Assembly (NCBI GenBank): GCA_054600435.1
Contig: BAAIJX010000044.1
Span: 124,001 to 187,962 of the forward strand
Reading direction: 5' to 3'
From: Neophaeotheca triangularis
Taxonomy: Eukaryota
Length of the DNA stretch: 63,962 nucleotides
How positions within the stretch are numbered: the stretch's first letter is position 1; each line of letters opens with the position of its first letter. The notes beneath the pieces were generated by a model. The model was not told the origin of the DNA. It did not search any database and saw only the letters and a program-made list of their open reading frames with translations. A program made the translations under genes and the position numbers. This document shows positions 35,601 to 47,313 of the stretch, piece by piece.

Positions 35601-36750
35601 TAACAGATTTCGTCATATCTAGAGAAAACGTCGTATAGTGAGAGGAGTAGTCTACCTGTAATATAGTAGACGAAGCTTATGAGATCTGGCGGCATTATAG
35701 CATCTCGAACTGTAACCGAATTTAGAATAGTAGCTAAGTTAATTAGCCTATGTTTGCCGTTCTTCTTTTTAACTAGAAACTAAGGATTCTAGTATTGTCC
35801 TTAGCTATACTTAAGGACACCGGCTTTTAGTCAGTCTTCTAACATCTCGACGAGCTCTATAGATAAAGCTTTCGGTATGGGATATGTTTTAGCCTACTAG
35901 GCTTTATGGGGTACCATTCTCATCTTGACTAGAGGGTATATGTCTTCGTAGATTATGCTATACTCCTTGAAATCCTACATAAGTATTAGCTCATAGGCTA
36001 TTAACATCGATTCGAACAGTTAATGTTCTTCTAGTAAGAGCATGATGTCAACTATTACTCCTACTATTCGCTCTAGGGTCAATCTATAGCCCCTTAGCTC
36101 TTATGTGTATTATAGTTCGAAATAGCCATTATACTTAGAGTAAGCGATAAGATCTTTTAGTATGTTCTTAATCTAGCGCTCTATAGCTTTCTTTCGCTAA
36201 TCTAGCTATCTACTAGGAATCTTAGACAGGATAGTACTCGAGTCGTCGATAGACACTACCTTATCCGCCTTTCGTTTAGCTATAGTCATGACACTAAAAT
36301 TCTCCTTTAGTAGTGTAGTAGGATCGGAAGCGAGCGCTATAAGTTCTAAAGGTTATATACTTCGTAAGAGCTTCACACTATTCATAGACATACTCGATCT
36401 CTATATGTAGGAGACTCTACCTAGAGCATTATTCGTAGTAGTTATGAACAATACTCGGTTCCTAGTCGTAGAGTTAGTAGAGTGCCCGGGTCTTACGTGA
36501 CTAGAGGGATTGTTTATAGCGGTTACGAACAATACTCGGGTCCTAGTCGTAGAGCTAGTAGAGCGTATAGATATCACGTGACTAGAGGCATTGTTCGTAG
36601 TAGTTACGAACAATGCTTAGGTCGTCATAGTGTTATTAGTCGCTTTACGAATAGTAGGATTGTTCGTAATAGTTATGAACAATGATTTACTTAGTTCTTA
36701 GTAGGTATCGGTAGTAGCAATCGAACCTACTTGTCTACCCTACCTTTTAA
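32691..36750 (-). pseudogene. pol: pol (RT-RNase H-integrase) of E
   Basis: MAKRKADKVV (~36280), YVDD, HxxxxH...CxxC integrase zinc motif (~33890-34000), DLVHMP...AREDVSGWVEG, RKFTPRWLSPY; at least one small indel. Confidence 0.88.
36426..36684. repeat. Four copies of the same palindrome inside the 5' end of E pol
   Basis: Cores at 36426, 36507, 36588 and 36657 (spacings 81, 81, 69, all multiples of 3); encode LF.T..NN repeats in the RT frame. Confidence 0.85.
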
Positions 36751-39357
36751 CGAATGAATAGAGGATGCGCTCTTATCTACATATACTATATGTATACTAA
36801 CACTATTAAGGGAGAAATGGTCTCTAGCTTTAGAATCCGAGCCTACTAGTCGACGAATTCCTATACTAGGGACAAAGTCTGTAGTCGCTAAACTATCCTC
36901 GCTAGTAACCTAGTAGGTGACTTTACCTAACGGATTCCTCTGAACTTCGAGGGAAGCGCGATAGGCATATAGCTCTCCGAGGATGTAGGGTTTTGATAAC
37001 TACTCTACTACTAGTATTAGTGTACGAATGCCGACTTAGCTGACCTGAACGGGCGCGTTAGGAACCCACTTAATAAAGGTGACCGCATCTCTATTCACTA
37101 CTATAATGCCTAGACTAATAGAAGACGGCAACCTCGTAATTAGTAGTCGAGCGCGCTTAGTAATGTCTCTCGTCATGACATTAACATCCGCGCTAGAGTC
37201 GAGGAGTATAGTTACGTTAGTCTTCCTAATCCTCATCTCGTAGACTAGGGAGTCGTTACGATAAACTAGGTCCTCTCCTATAAGATCATCGATGTCACGA
37301 GCGGTTATATAGAGTAATGTAGTGTTTAATGTAGTAGTATTCCGTTAACGCCTATCGACCGAATCATGAGCTACGGTAATAGTAGGCAACACGGAAGTAC
37401 CTCTAGTAGTAGACTTCTTCGCTTCGTAGGCGAGACGCTATTACGTAGTAGTCATGTCTATTTCTCGCTATATATTATTAGCTAACCCCTTAGGTAGTAG
37501 GCTAAATAGTAGCTTCTAGACACCCGGCATCTTCGCTAAGACGTCTATACGGTTTATAGTAATATCGCTACTAAGGAGTATCTCTAGTATCGTAGCATCA
37601 TCGTACTAATTCCAGATAAGGACATCGAGGAGCTTCGTATGTCTCGAGGCATACTACTTTATCACTAGTAGCGCTAGCCGTTACTAGTCCTCGTCATTAG
37701 TGTCCCTTTCCTCGACTAGCCGATTAATTAGCGAGTCGTAGGGAATAGTCTAGCTTCTCTTATAAGCCGCGCTGTCTACTAGCTTCTCGTACTCGCTAGG
37801 CCTCGTCACATAGACTTTAGGAGCAGCTCGCTTCTTATACACTCTCGTGTCCGGGTCTTGAACTAGCCTTAGGCTAGATCGAGTCTACATTAGATATAAA
37901 GAGGCGTCGTCCTCGTCCTTAGAGGTGTCGGAATAGGATAATAGAGGGAGTGTAGTTATAAAGCGAACTACGGGCCCTTACGTAGCGATAGGCACGAACT
38001 AGTTCTCGTCCTATTCAATCTTCTACTTAATAGTATCGAGCCGGTTTTCCCATAGAAGCCTTTAGAGTTCATCTCCCGGGTTCTAAATAGATCCCTATTA
38101 GATGCGTTTACTACTTAGGTTAGAGTACACGAGTCCCTTATTAATAAGCTCGAGAAATCCGGGGTAAGTCATCTATCTATATAGGCCGCTACACATAAAG
38201 CAGCCTCCTAGCGCCGTTCTATAGGTAGTATTAGGAGCGCCATAACCCTAACCAGGATAGTATATATAGTTGTTAAAATTAGAGGTAGTAGTAGTAGGGG
38301 CGTAAGTAGACTGTTCGGGAAAGGAAGGTTATAGAGCTACCTAGAAGACATTAGTCATAGTACTAGCTAGAATGTTAGACATGGTAAATCTATAGTAGCC
38401 TACATTCTTAACCATAATAGCTAGGTCTATAGCATTCAACTTGAGCGTCTTAAACTTAGCCACTAGTTCGTCTATTTCCTTTTTAGAGGTAGGCTATTTA
38501 GGGAAATTAGGTATAGGACATCCTTTACTCCCGAAAGCTAGCGCTAGGAATGCCGTAGTAGGGACTAGCGTATACACGATAGACTTCTCGCTAGTCTCTA
38601 TATAGGCTATCGCGTTATGAACTAAATTTAACATCTCTAAGGATTAGTTAGTATAGACCTTATCCTCGATAGCCCTAAATAGTTATCAGTACTCGATAGA
38701 CTCGCTAGGTATAAGCGGATTGATCTAGAACTACTAGATGAGACGCTCTTATAAGTTCTAAGGCAAACTACGGAGGAAGTACTTTACAATCTCTAGTCCC
38801 CTAAGAGGGTACCCCTAATCTTTAGCCTTATAGACAATGCTCTCGAAACCGCGAACATACTCTAGTATCCTATTTAGATAGCTAGTAGCTTTACTCTTAG
38901 CCACGAAACCTACGAGTACTTCTATACTTCTAGTAAGCTACTCTAAGTCGAAATCCCTGAACTTGACCTTTATAGTAGCGAAGATATCTACTAACGAGCC
39001 ATTATACTTGAGGTCCGATACCTAGGCCTAGACCTCGTCGCTAATGTAGCTGTCGAGTAGTTCGGCTACGCGATAGGAGTCGAACCTAAACCGCACGCAC
39101 ATCTTCTTATACTTCCGCATAAAGCTCGTAAGGTTACTACTATCGAAGTAGGCTACCCTAGACTCGTAGGGGCTCGGGGGAGGCGCTATAATCACATACC
39201 CTAGGGTATTAGTAGGACGCGATAGTAGGGACGCCCTAGGGCCGTCCCTACTAGATCCTAGAGTGAGCGCGGGGGTAGATAGTGCTAAGGAAGTAGTAGG
39301 CCCTACGTCCTATATGTCTTCTAGGGTAAGGGAAATATCGAGAGGGGAGTTAGACAT
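36727..39357 (-). pseudogene. gag: gag-protease ORF of E
   Basis: ATG at 39357 in frame with the protease LLDS(G)ADVNVM (track ORF 37036-37236); pol begins in the -1 frame near ttaaaag at ~36745. Confidence 0.8.
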
Positions 39358-40036
39358 ATTTTTGGTTATTTGTTCAGTTTTCTAGAAATAGTGATAATAG
39401 TGAGGCGGCATAAGTAAAACAGTAGAATCTTAGAACATATAAGTAATAGACTAAGTAAGGAAGCTGAGAATGTAAGCGATGTTCTTAGTAGTGAATTTGC
39501 GAAGTTGATCTTAAGTAGTACCTTGTAGTCTTTCTTCGATCTATAGCCGAGATGATATCTTTTCTCTACTAGAGGTCTTAAAGGTCCGGATTCTCTAGTG
39601 CTATGTAGAAGGTTTACCTCTATTAAAATGAGACGAGCGTCGTTATAAGGGACTCTAGCCTCCGCATTTTTAAAGCTCTATTGAGTTTTCAGCGATAATA
39701 CTAAACAGTCCGAAACCTTATGTAGCGTAGACAACCGTATCTAGGCTAAGTAGAACAGTAAGGGCGAGGAAAGCTAAAGTAGTAAGTAGTAGTCTAGGTT
39801 GTCTAGAAGCCGCTATCGTCGTTTCGTTAGGATAGGAGAATAGTAGGATAGAGTAGTAGGTTTCTTAGGGTTAACTATAGCGCTACTATCGCGTTATCGA
39901 GTCCCTTTTCTAGTCCCCTTATCGAAGGGTAAGTTCTATAAGTTAGGCAGTCTTATAGTAGGTATAATTCCTAGAGCGTGGGTTCGGCTATTAGGACGAA
40001 GACAATATACGATCGCCCTACCTTCGGCTCTAAATA

Positions 40037-40391
40037 TGTCGAGTAGCGAGAGTACTCGAGAAGCTAGGAGACTAGTTTTGCTCGGGGAGGTATTGTTCAT
40101 AATAGTTATAAACAATGTAGTGGGATTAGGAATCAGGTGTAGTTAAGAATTAGGGATTGTTCGTAATAGTTACGAATAATGCGTTAGGGGTTAGAAATTA
40201 GTTAGGTCAGTTATAGTGTATAGAGGCTAATTCAAGTAGTCGCAATTCATTCTATGTCTCTCTATCTAGGTAGGTGTCTAAGATATAAGTACTAGTGTAG
40301 GGGGAGGTGTAGATATGTGAAGGGGGTAATGATAAAGCAAATACCGCAAAACTAGTATGCCTATGAATGTAGTATAGGAGTCACCACGACA
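40037..40391 (-). repeat. 5' LTR of E
   Basis: 355 bp, TG...CA, followed by TSD ctag at 40392-40395. Confidence 0.93.
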
Positions 40392-42308
40392 CTAGCGACG
40401 GAGAGCGAGAGATAAAGGGGGAGCTACCCTTATTAGACCTAGTAGTAGAAGGTAAGACGGCCGCGTAGACGCTAACCCTAGGTAACGCGAGACTAGCTAG
40501 CTAACCGCTAATAAGGTTAATAGCGGTAGTAGTAGAGACGCGAGCGCTACTAATAAAAAGTCAGTTTTCTCCTTACGTTTTTATTATCTAGTAGATTATG
40601 TATATAACATTAATCTAGTAGGAAATAGAAGGCACTTATAGTTAAAGCTTACGCCGTGTTTAGCGCTTAGCGCTACGACCCTAGCGTAAGGCACTATAGG
40701 TAATGTTAGCTATAAGGGCTAAGGTCTAGCGCTCGTTACGCTCGATGACTATAGGGGCACTACGCTAAGTAGGAGGTATAGTTACTACTACTATTACTAT
40801 TATTATTACTATTACTATTACTACTACTATAGTTACTAAAACTAACGGAAGAAGAGGAAGAAAGAGAGAGTAAAGAACTAAAGAAGTTCTTATAATAAGA
40901 ACCTAGGTAAGGTTATTATTCTTACCCTAAGTGAAGTCGAACCTTACGTATAGCCCTTAGTAGGATATTATTATCGTCAGCGAGCCCTTTATAGTAAGGT
41001 CGCATATATCTATATATAGAAGACGCCTTATAACAAGAACCTAGGTAAGGTTCTTATTAGAAGAGCAAATGCGCCTCCTATAGGACCTTATTATTATTAG
41101 TAAGATCTTTGTCGTAAGGTGGTATCTATCTGTATATAGAAGATGCTTATAGATAAAAGAACTATAGTAAGGTAAAGTCAGGTATTATTATTAGGAGTCT
41201 TACCTTTTTTGTTAGGCATATAGTATAAGGACGTAGGTAGTGAACTTAAGTGTTAGAGTCGTTATTTGTCGAGAAGTACTTCCTTATATGATGTAAATAG
41301 CTAGTGTCGCGTCCGCGCGACAATTCCTACTTACGTGTTCCTAACAATAACAGTTGCCTTTTTTATTAGTAGTGACCTTTTTAATAGGAGAACTCTAGAT
41401 ACCTACGTTAATGTAAACTAGTTGTTCTTAAGTTGTCGCTTTTTAAGCTAACGTTAAATTGTAAAGTTGACAAAAGCTAACATGTATATAACGGGTAATT
41501 CCGCCTAACTCCCTTACTCCTATTAAACATAACAAAAACGTCCAAAATATGCCAGGTAACTTCAGTTTTTATTAGGAGTCCTATCGTGAATAACTAGGGC
41601 ATAATTGTTATTAGGAAGAAGGGTTTTTGTTAAATGTATAGTGTAAAAACCTTTAGAGTTCACAACACAAAGTCTAACCCTAACAGAAATAACACTTAAA
41701 CTCTAAACCTCGGCTTAAATTTGGTACAAAAGGCATGCTCGGGCTCTATACTTAGGCGTCGCCTACTAGAGATCCATATTACAGTATAGTGTCTACATCT
41801 TTGTCTAGGGGGGCTATATAGCTAGAGGATGACGACTTAAGGGGGTCGCGTCAGCTTTCTTGTCGAGATATAGGGGATTGAATTGGGTCGTACCCTAGCT
41901 AGATGAGTTTTACAGCCGAGAGACTCGGCTGAGGTTTTGGGCACGTGTGGTTAGGTGGGGTAGTCTGTGTACCGTCAAGTGAAGTTGATAGAAAGGCGGG
42001 AGGGCATCCCCTTTAGGTAACCAGCGCCATCCCTTTTAGGTAACCAGCGCGCAGCCGGAAGAGGAAGGTATAAGCGCGGACTACCCTCGTGGAACCGTAC
42101 CGCTCGACAGAAACAGTCACCGCAGCAATTCATAGATGCCTAACGGTATACTTCCGTCGTCTGCCTATACTAACGTACAATATTAATACAAACGAGGTAG
42201 GGATAACTGCTTTTTCTTCTTTTTCTTCATCATCACCACCGCCGTCCTTGTCACCACCACCACCACCACCACACCACCATCAACTACCCACTCCCCCCTA
42301 CCGCAACC

Positions 42309-42998
42309 ATGGTCCTAGAACAACACCCCTTCACCGAAGCCGACATCCCCCTCTTCACTCAAATCATGGACGCAGCCTTCGCCGATGGCCTCATGGCCGT
42401 AATGTTCCCCGACCCAAACACCTACACCGAAACCTCCCGCCAACAAGCCCACACCCACAACCTCCACGACCTCCGCACAAACCCCAACATCCACTTCTTC
42501 AAAATCCTCGACACCTCACTCCCATCCGACGATCCCTACGGTCGCTGCGTGGCAGTGACGAAATGGCACCTACACCCGACCCAACGCGACGACAGCGCCC
42601 TCGACGCCGAAGAAGCAACCGCGCGCTCCGAACCGCTGCCCCCCGGCATGAACCCGGAATTCGCCGCGGCCTTCTTCGGCCAACTGGGCGAGTACAAGCG
42701 CAAAAACCTCGGCGGGAGTCCATACCTCCTGCTGCACATTCTGGCCGTCTTGCCCAACCAGCACCGCAAAGGCGTGGGCAAGCTGGCGTTGCAGTGGGGT
42801 TTGCGGGCTGCGGATGAGAGGGATTTGCCCGTCTATTTGGAGAGTAGTCCCATGGGTAAGGGGTTGTATGAGAAGTTTGGCTTTGAGGTGCTGAATTGGT
42901 TGCCTTTTGATGCGAGGGAGTTTGGGGGTAGGGAGGCTTTGAGGCATGCTTGTATGTTGAGGCCGAGGAGGAGTAAGAGGAGGGATGTAGGGGAATAG
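42309..42998 (+). CDS. GNAT-family N-acetyltransferase
   Basis: LHILAVLPNQHRKGVGKLAL...VYLESSPMGKGLYEKFGF acetyl-CoA-binding motifs; intact 229-aa ORF. Confidence 0.92.
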   Translation: MVLEQHPFTEADIPLFTQIMDAAFADGLMAVMFPDPNTYTETSRQQAHTHNLHDLRTNPNIHFFKILDTSLPSDDPYGRCVAVTKWHLHPTQRDDSALDAEEATARSEPLPPGMNPEFAAAFFGQLGEYKRKNLGGSPYLLLHILAVLPNQHRKGVGKLALQWGLRAADERDLPVYLESSPMGKGLYEKFGFEVLNWLPFDAREFGGREALRHACMLRPRRSKRRDVGE

Positions 42999-44109
42999 TA
43001 GCGTGAATCTTTAATGATGCGGACGGGCTTGCTGATGGAGACGTCTAGGGACGTAATAGGCGACGGGGTTCTATCCCACGGGCTATATCCCCTTTACTCT
43101 TGCCAATGTCATTCACACGACAAACCCCCTTTTCCCCCCACGACATCGCCCGAAGAGTAAAAGTGGGAATCAATTCGAATGCCAGACTCCAGCGCTCGGT
43201 AATCCGCTTGCGAAGCATTACGACCCCAACCTCGTTACTCGAAAATCTTCATCCATCTTCCCTACTAAACTTTTTCGCGAAACCACCGAACGGGAGTGAT
43301 AATGCCTTCTTTCGACCCATGTCAGCCCCAGCACGCCTCCCCGCTAAACAAAGCAGCGCTATAACTTCACCGATTACTTTCAAAAAAAAAAAAGCCGCGG
43401 AAACGCGACAAACCGCTCCAACACGCGAGCCGCACGAGGAGCGTCTAGCAAGACTAACAACCTTCGCTCTCGTTTCCACGCCAGTCGAATTGTAGATTAA
43501 AGTAAGCGATCCCCTCGAGAGCGGCGAGAGGAAGCCAGCAACACCCAAAAAAAAAAAAAAAAAAACCCGCAGCGAGACCGCAAAAAACTCCCACAACAGT
43601 CCCCCGCTCTACCACGACAAAACGCCCGGCTGCCGTACCCATCCTAGTAGGTAAGGTAGGTAAAGTAGCTTTCGAAGACGCAATCCACTACGAACGGTCC
43701 CAACACGATGCTTCTTCGACAGATCCAATCGAACCCACAGCGCTGCTTCTACCCGTCCCATCTTCTTCCTCTACTCTTTGCAAAGAGCGTCGTTTCCAGA
43801 ACGCCGACCGAGAGAAAACAATGACCCCCGTCACTACCGGCCGCGCGGGGTGGGGGGGGGTTTCACGTAACGAACGCTCCCGCCGAGGATGTAGCTACAG
43901 TACTCCCACGCCACCGGACTCGTGATGGTCTGGGCTTGGTGAAACCGTCACTAGGGGCGTTATTTCTGGAGTTTTTCGTGAGATGGGGTTGTTTGTGGTG
44001 AATGGATGAGTAAAGCCTGACAGGCTTTTGTGGGAGCGAGTGAGGTGTGTCGATTGAGGGGAGGGGAGGAGAGAGGAGCGGGGGTGGGGGGGGGGGAGGA
44101 GGTGGTTTT

Positions 44110-44250
44110 GTTGGGCTTGTGTTTGTTAGGCTTGTGTTTGTTAGGCTTGTGTCTGCTACGCTTGTGTTTGTTAGGCTTGTGTCTGCTAGGCTTGTGTCTG
44201 CTACGCTTGTGTCTGCTACGCTTGTGTCTGCTACGCTTGTGCTTGCTACG
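44110..44250. repeat. 15-bp tandem repeat (gcttgtgtctgctac / gcttgtgtttgttag variants), ~9 units
   Basis: Direct reading; the minus strand reads TSVAD/TSLAD/TSLTN repeats. Confidence 0.85.
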
Positions 44251-45708
44251 CCTATCCCTGCTTTAGTATTGGTGTTGAAGCTGGGAGGTAGATCTACTGC
44301 GGACGGCGACGCGGACTTGGTAAGCTTTTTTACCGTTTGGAGGGATGTTATGTCGCCGCTATTCGTTGAATCTGTAGCTTAGCGGTACAGCTAAGGGGGG
44401 AGGGGGAAAAGGAAAAAGGAAACAAGAACGAAACGCCAACCTCACTCCTGCCGGCACTGGAGCCACCACCGCGGCTCACATCTGGCCTACATACAGCCAT
44501 CATCCAACCGCCGACTAGTCAGCCAGCCAGCCAAACAGCCAGCCAGCCAGCCAGACACCAAGCTAAACCCCCGAGCTAACCCCCCAACTATTACTAAGCC
44601 CCCAACTAAAACGCCCCAACCCTACCCCCCGATCCACGATCCCCTAACCTAACAAGCCAAACACAGCTCCTTCCTTAAACCCATCCACCCATGCACCCGT
44701 CCTCGCGCTCCCCTCACCCCTAGAAGTACGGCGCACGGGGATAAGGTAGCTGTCGGAACTAGTGAATCCGTCGTAGCCGTGGTAGTGGTTTCCGATACTT
44801 TTGGCCCTCCGGTACTTTTGGCCCGCTGATGCTTTTGGCTGGGGTAGTAGCTTGAGCTTCCTGGATGGCCTAGCGTGTGGTTGTTTTGGTGGTTGATTTA
44901 GTGGTTGATTTGGTGGTCGTTCTGGTGGTGGATTGGATGGTTTGGGGTTTGGGGTTGGGCTGCCTCATGGACTTTTTTTTTTTAGGGTGGGTTAGTGGAT
45001 TGTGGATTAGTGAACTGTGGGTCGTGGGTTGTGGGTTGTAGGTTGTGGAGTGTAGGTTAGTGGTTTAGGGATTAATGAGTAGATAAAGGGGGTGTGTGTA
45101 GGTGTTGTTTACCAAGTCAGATTGGGGAATTTTTTTGAAGAGAAGGCAAGAAAGGTTGTGGGAAAGAGTACAGACGGGAGCCCGTGCGATTCTCCCTTAT
45201 CGTAAATCACGGTTTGGCTGTATTGTCTTGACGTGACCTCTCTTGGTTTTAAACAGGTCGAGCTTCTCAGACTGAGGATGACGACTAGCTGCAAACGCAT
45301 GTTGGAACTTGTAGAGTAGATTCAATGACCGAAGGGGCGATTGATCGGTTGGTGGATTCGACGTACACTCATTGACAGCGTCTTTGATTGAATCTGCCCC
45401 TTGATCAAGCTAGCAATGCCTGGAGGTCACAGTCGACTCCTTTAAATGTCTTTGTCCACCTATCCTGCTGGAGAAACTGGTGAACGAGTGTGTTGAGACG
45501 ACGAGTGTTACCCTCCTTAGCGTTGGCGGCCGGAGGGGAAGTGAACTGGTTCTCGAATCTATGTGTGCGTTAAATCGTGCATCTTTTAGCACCACGATAA
45601 CTGCAAGCAAATTGGACAACTCTTGCAACATCCCCAACCTGGACAAATCTTACAAGGCCGAGCCAACACAACGCGCCCCCTCGAAAGCTCACCTCGACTG
45701 AAACCAAC

Positions 45709-47313
45709 TCAAATGCCATCTCCCATCACACCCTCAACCTCCCGCCCCCTCTTCCAAGCCGCAAAATCAAACCCAACATCCTCCAACCTCCTCTTCCGAT
45801 GTCTATCCTCCCCAAACCCCTGAAAAGCCTTCTTAATAGCCGGAAACCTCTCCCTAGCCCAAAAAGCCTCCTCACCCCAGCACGGCGGCACCTTGCCAAC
45901 CCCGCCCGAACCCTCCCCATCCGCGCTCCTAGCCCACTCATACATCATATTAATATACTCGCCGTCCTCGGGGAACTTTAAGACGTGAAAGCCCCTGCCG
46001 TCGCCTTTGCGATCGATTTCTCGGCTTTCCCAGTCCGCCATATCCGGTAAATTCGGGAGACTTAGCCGTCCACTCCACACTCGCGCCATGACAGCCGCTT
46101 GCGCTTCCGCCATGGGGAAGGGGATGACTTTCTGCCCGAGGACGGGGAATGCAAGCGTTGGCGCCGGAGCGTAGAAGAGGTGTTGGTAGGTATTTTGCAC
46201 GCGCTCGCCGGTCGAAATGAGTGGCGGGAGATCCGGACCCGGGGCTGAGGAGGATGGGAAGAAGGGGAAGGAGTAGAAGTAGCCGGTGCAGTACACGATG
46301 GCGTCGATGTTTTCTTCGGTTGTGCCGTCGGCAAAGCGGACGCCCCGCGACGCTGGGAGGTAGGCGGTGATTTCGGGTTTTTGTAGGGTTCTGGAGTCGG
46401 AGGGCGTGGGGTCTGGGTTCAGGTAAGATTCGGAGCGGGAGCTTATTATTAGCGGGTGGGCGCAGGTTGTGGCTATTTGGGCTCCGATGTCGATGCCCGA
46501 GGCGCTGTTGCCGATTACGATGACTTTTTCATTAGTGAAGTCTTCGGGGCGGCGGTAGAATTTGCTGTGGGTGATGAGGCCAGGGTGAGCGGTGTTGAAA
46601 TCTTGGATGCCGGGGACGGTTGGGAGGTAGGGGATGTTGAAGTGGCCATTTGCGCTGGCAATAGCGTCAAACATTTCTTCCCGGATAGCCGGTGACGTGT
46701 CGTCGCGAGAGACCTCTTGCGATCTGACCAGCCATTTGCCGTCGGGCTGGAGTTGGACTTCAAGGATTTGTCGCTCGAACTCGATCAGGTGTTGTACTTC
46801 TTTCGCATACCGCTCGATGTAGCGAAGCACTTCTTCATGCTGAGGAAAGAGCTGGCAGTCCTCCCGCCAGTCCAGCTCGTTGAAACCCATAAGGCCCCGT
46901 GGTATGTTGGTCTCTAGCCGGTCGTACATTGGCGACATGAAAGCCGCTCCCTCCTTCTTCTTCCCCGCCAAGGCATGTTCCGCCCCCGAAGACTGCCATA
47001 CCGGTTTATCGACATCAGAGAAGGGGTTTGTCTGCGGAATGGCTAGATTGTGAGCCGTGTTGGTCGAGGAGGTTGGGACATAGTTCCAGATGCCGCCGAC
47101 AGTGGAGCGTTGTTCATAAATTTGGATGCGGGAAAAGGCTCGTTCGGCTTGCAAATATCTTCACAGTGGTCAGCTGATCAACAATCTAGGTGAAGGGAAA
47201 GATGCTGGGCAAGCCTACTGTACCTACTTCGCCGCCGCCAGGCCGCTGGGGCCTGCGCCTATAATGCACACCGTGTCGGCTTTGATGCGCTGGCCAGCTG
47301 GGAGGGAGCCCAT
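45709..47313 (-). CDS. Flavin-containing (thiol-specific) monooxygenase, FMO family; intron 47159-47227
   Basis: IIGAGPSGLAAAK FAD motif in exon 1, MYDRLETNIP, ITHSKFYR, VIGNSASGID, CTGY. Confidence 0.93.

Larger units (their letters stand above)
28124..40391 (-). mobile_element. 12.3-kb non-chromoviral Ty3/Gypsy LTR retrotransposon E (Ylt1-like lineage, inferred) with an extra 3' gene
   Basis: 355-bp LTRs at 28124-28478 (3') and 40037-40391 (5'); 4-bp TSD ctag; PPT agggaggga on the minus strand adjoining 28478; gag-PR, RT (PYVDDII ~35440), RNase H and integrase on the minus strand. Confidence 0.93.
27410..40779 (-). pseudogene. RIPped intron-containing gene of unknown function, split by element E (segments ~27410-28123 and 40396-40779)
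   Basis: Probable start (ATA<-ATG) at 40779 (MPPAQRSAPAVIERNERQT...); GT-AG introns with branch sites at ~40550-40652 and ~27650-27710; Pro/Ser/Arg-rich middle; Cys-containing end (KCGRC..DGRKC) at ~27420-27470. Confidence 0.45.

Noticed and set aside
40015..40036. Specific tRNA assignment for the PBS of E (t[g]gagccgaagg on the minus strand)
   Set aside because: Plausible PBS after de-RIP, but I cannot match it to a tRNA without a search.
42089..42817. 242-aa Pro/His/Arg-rich ORF
   Set aside because: Alternative frame of the GNAT gene caused by high GC3.
44560..44655. Telomere-like CCCTAA repeats
   Set aside because: Only scattered, imperfect units in a C-rich low-complexity tract.
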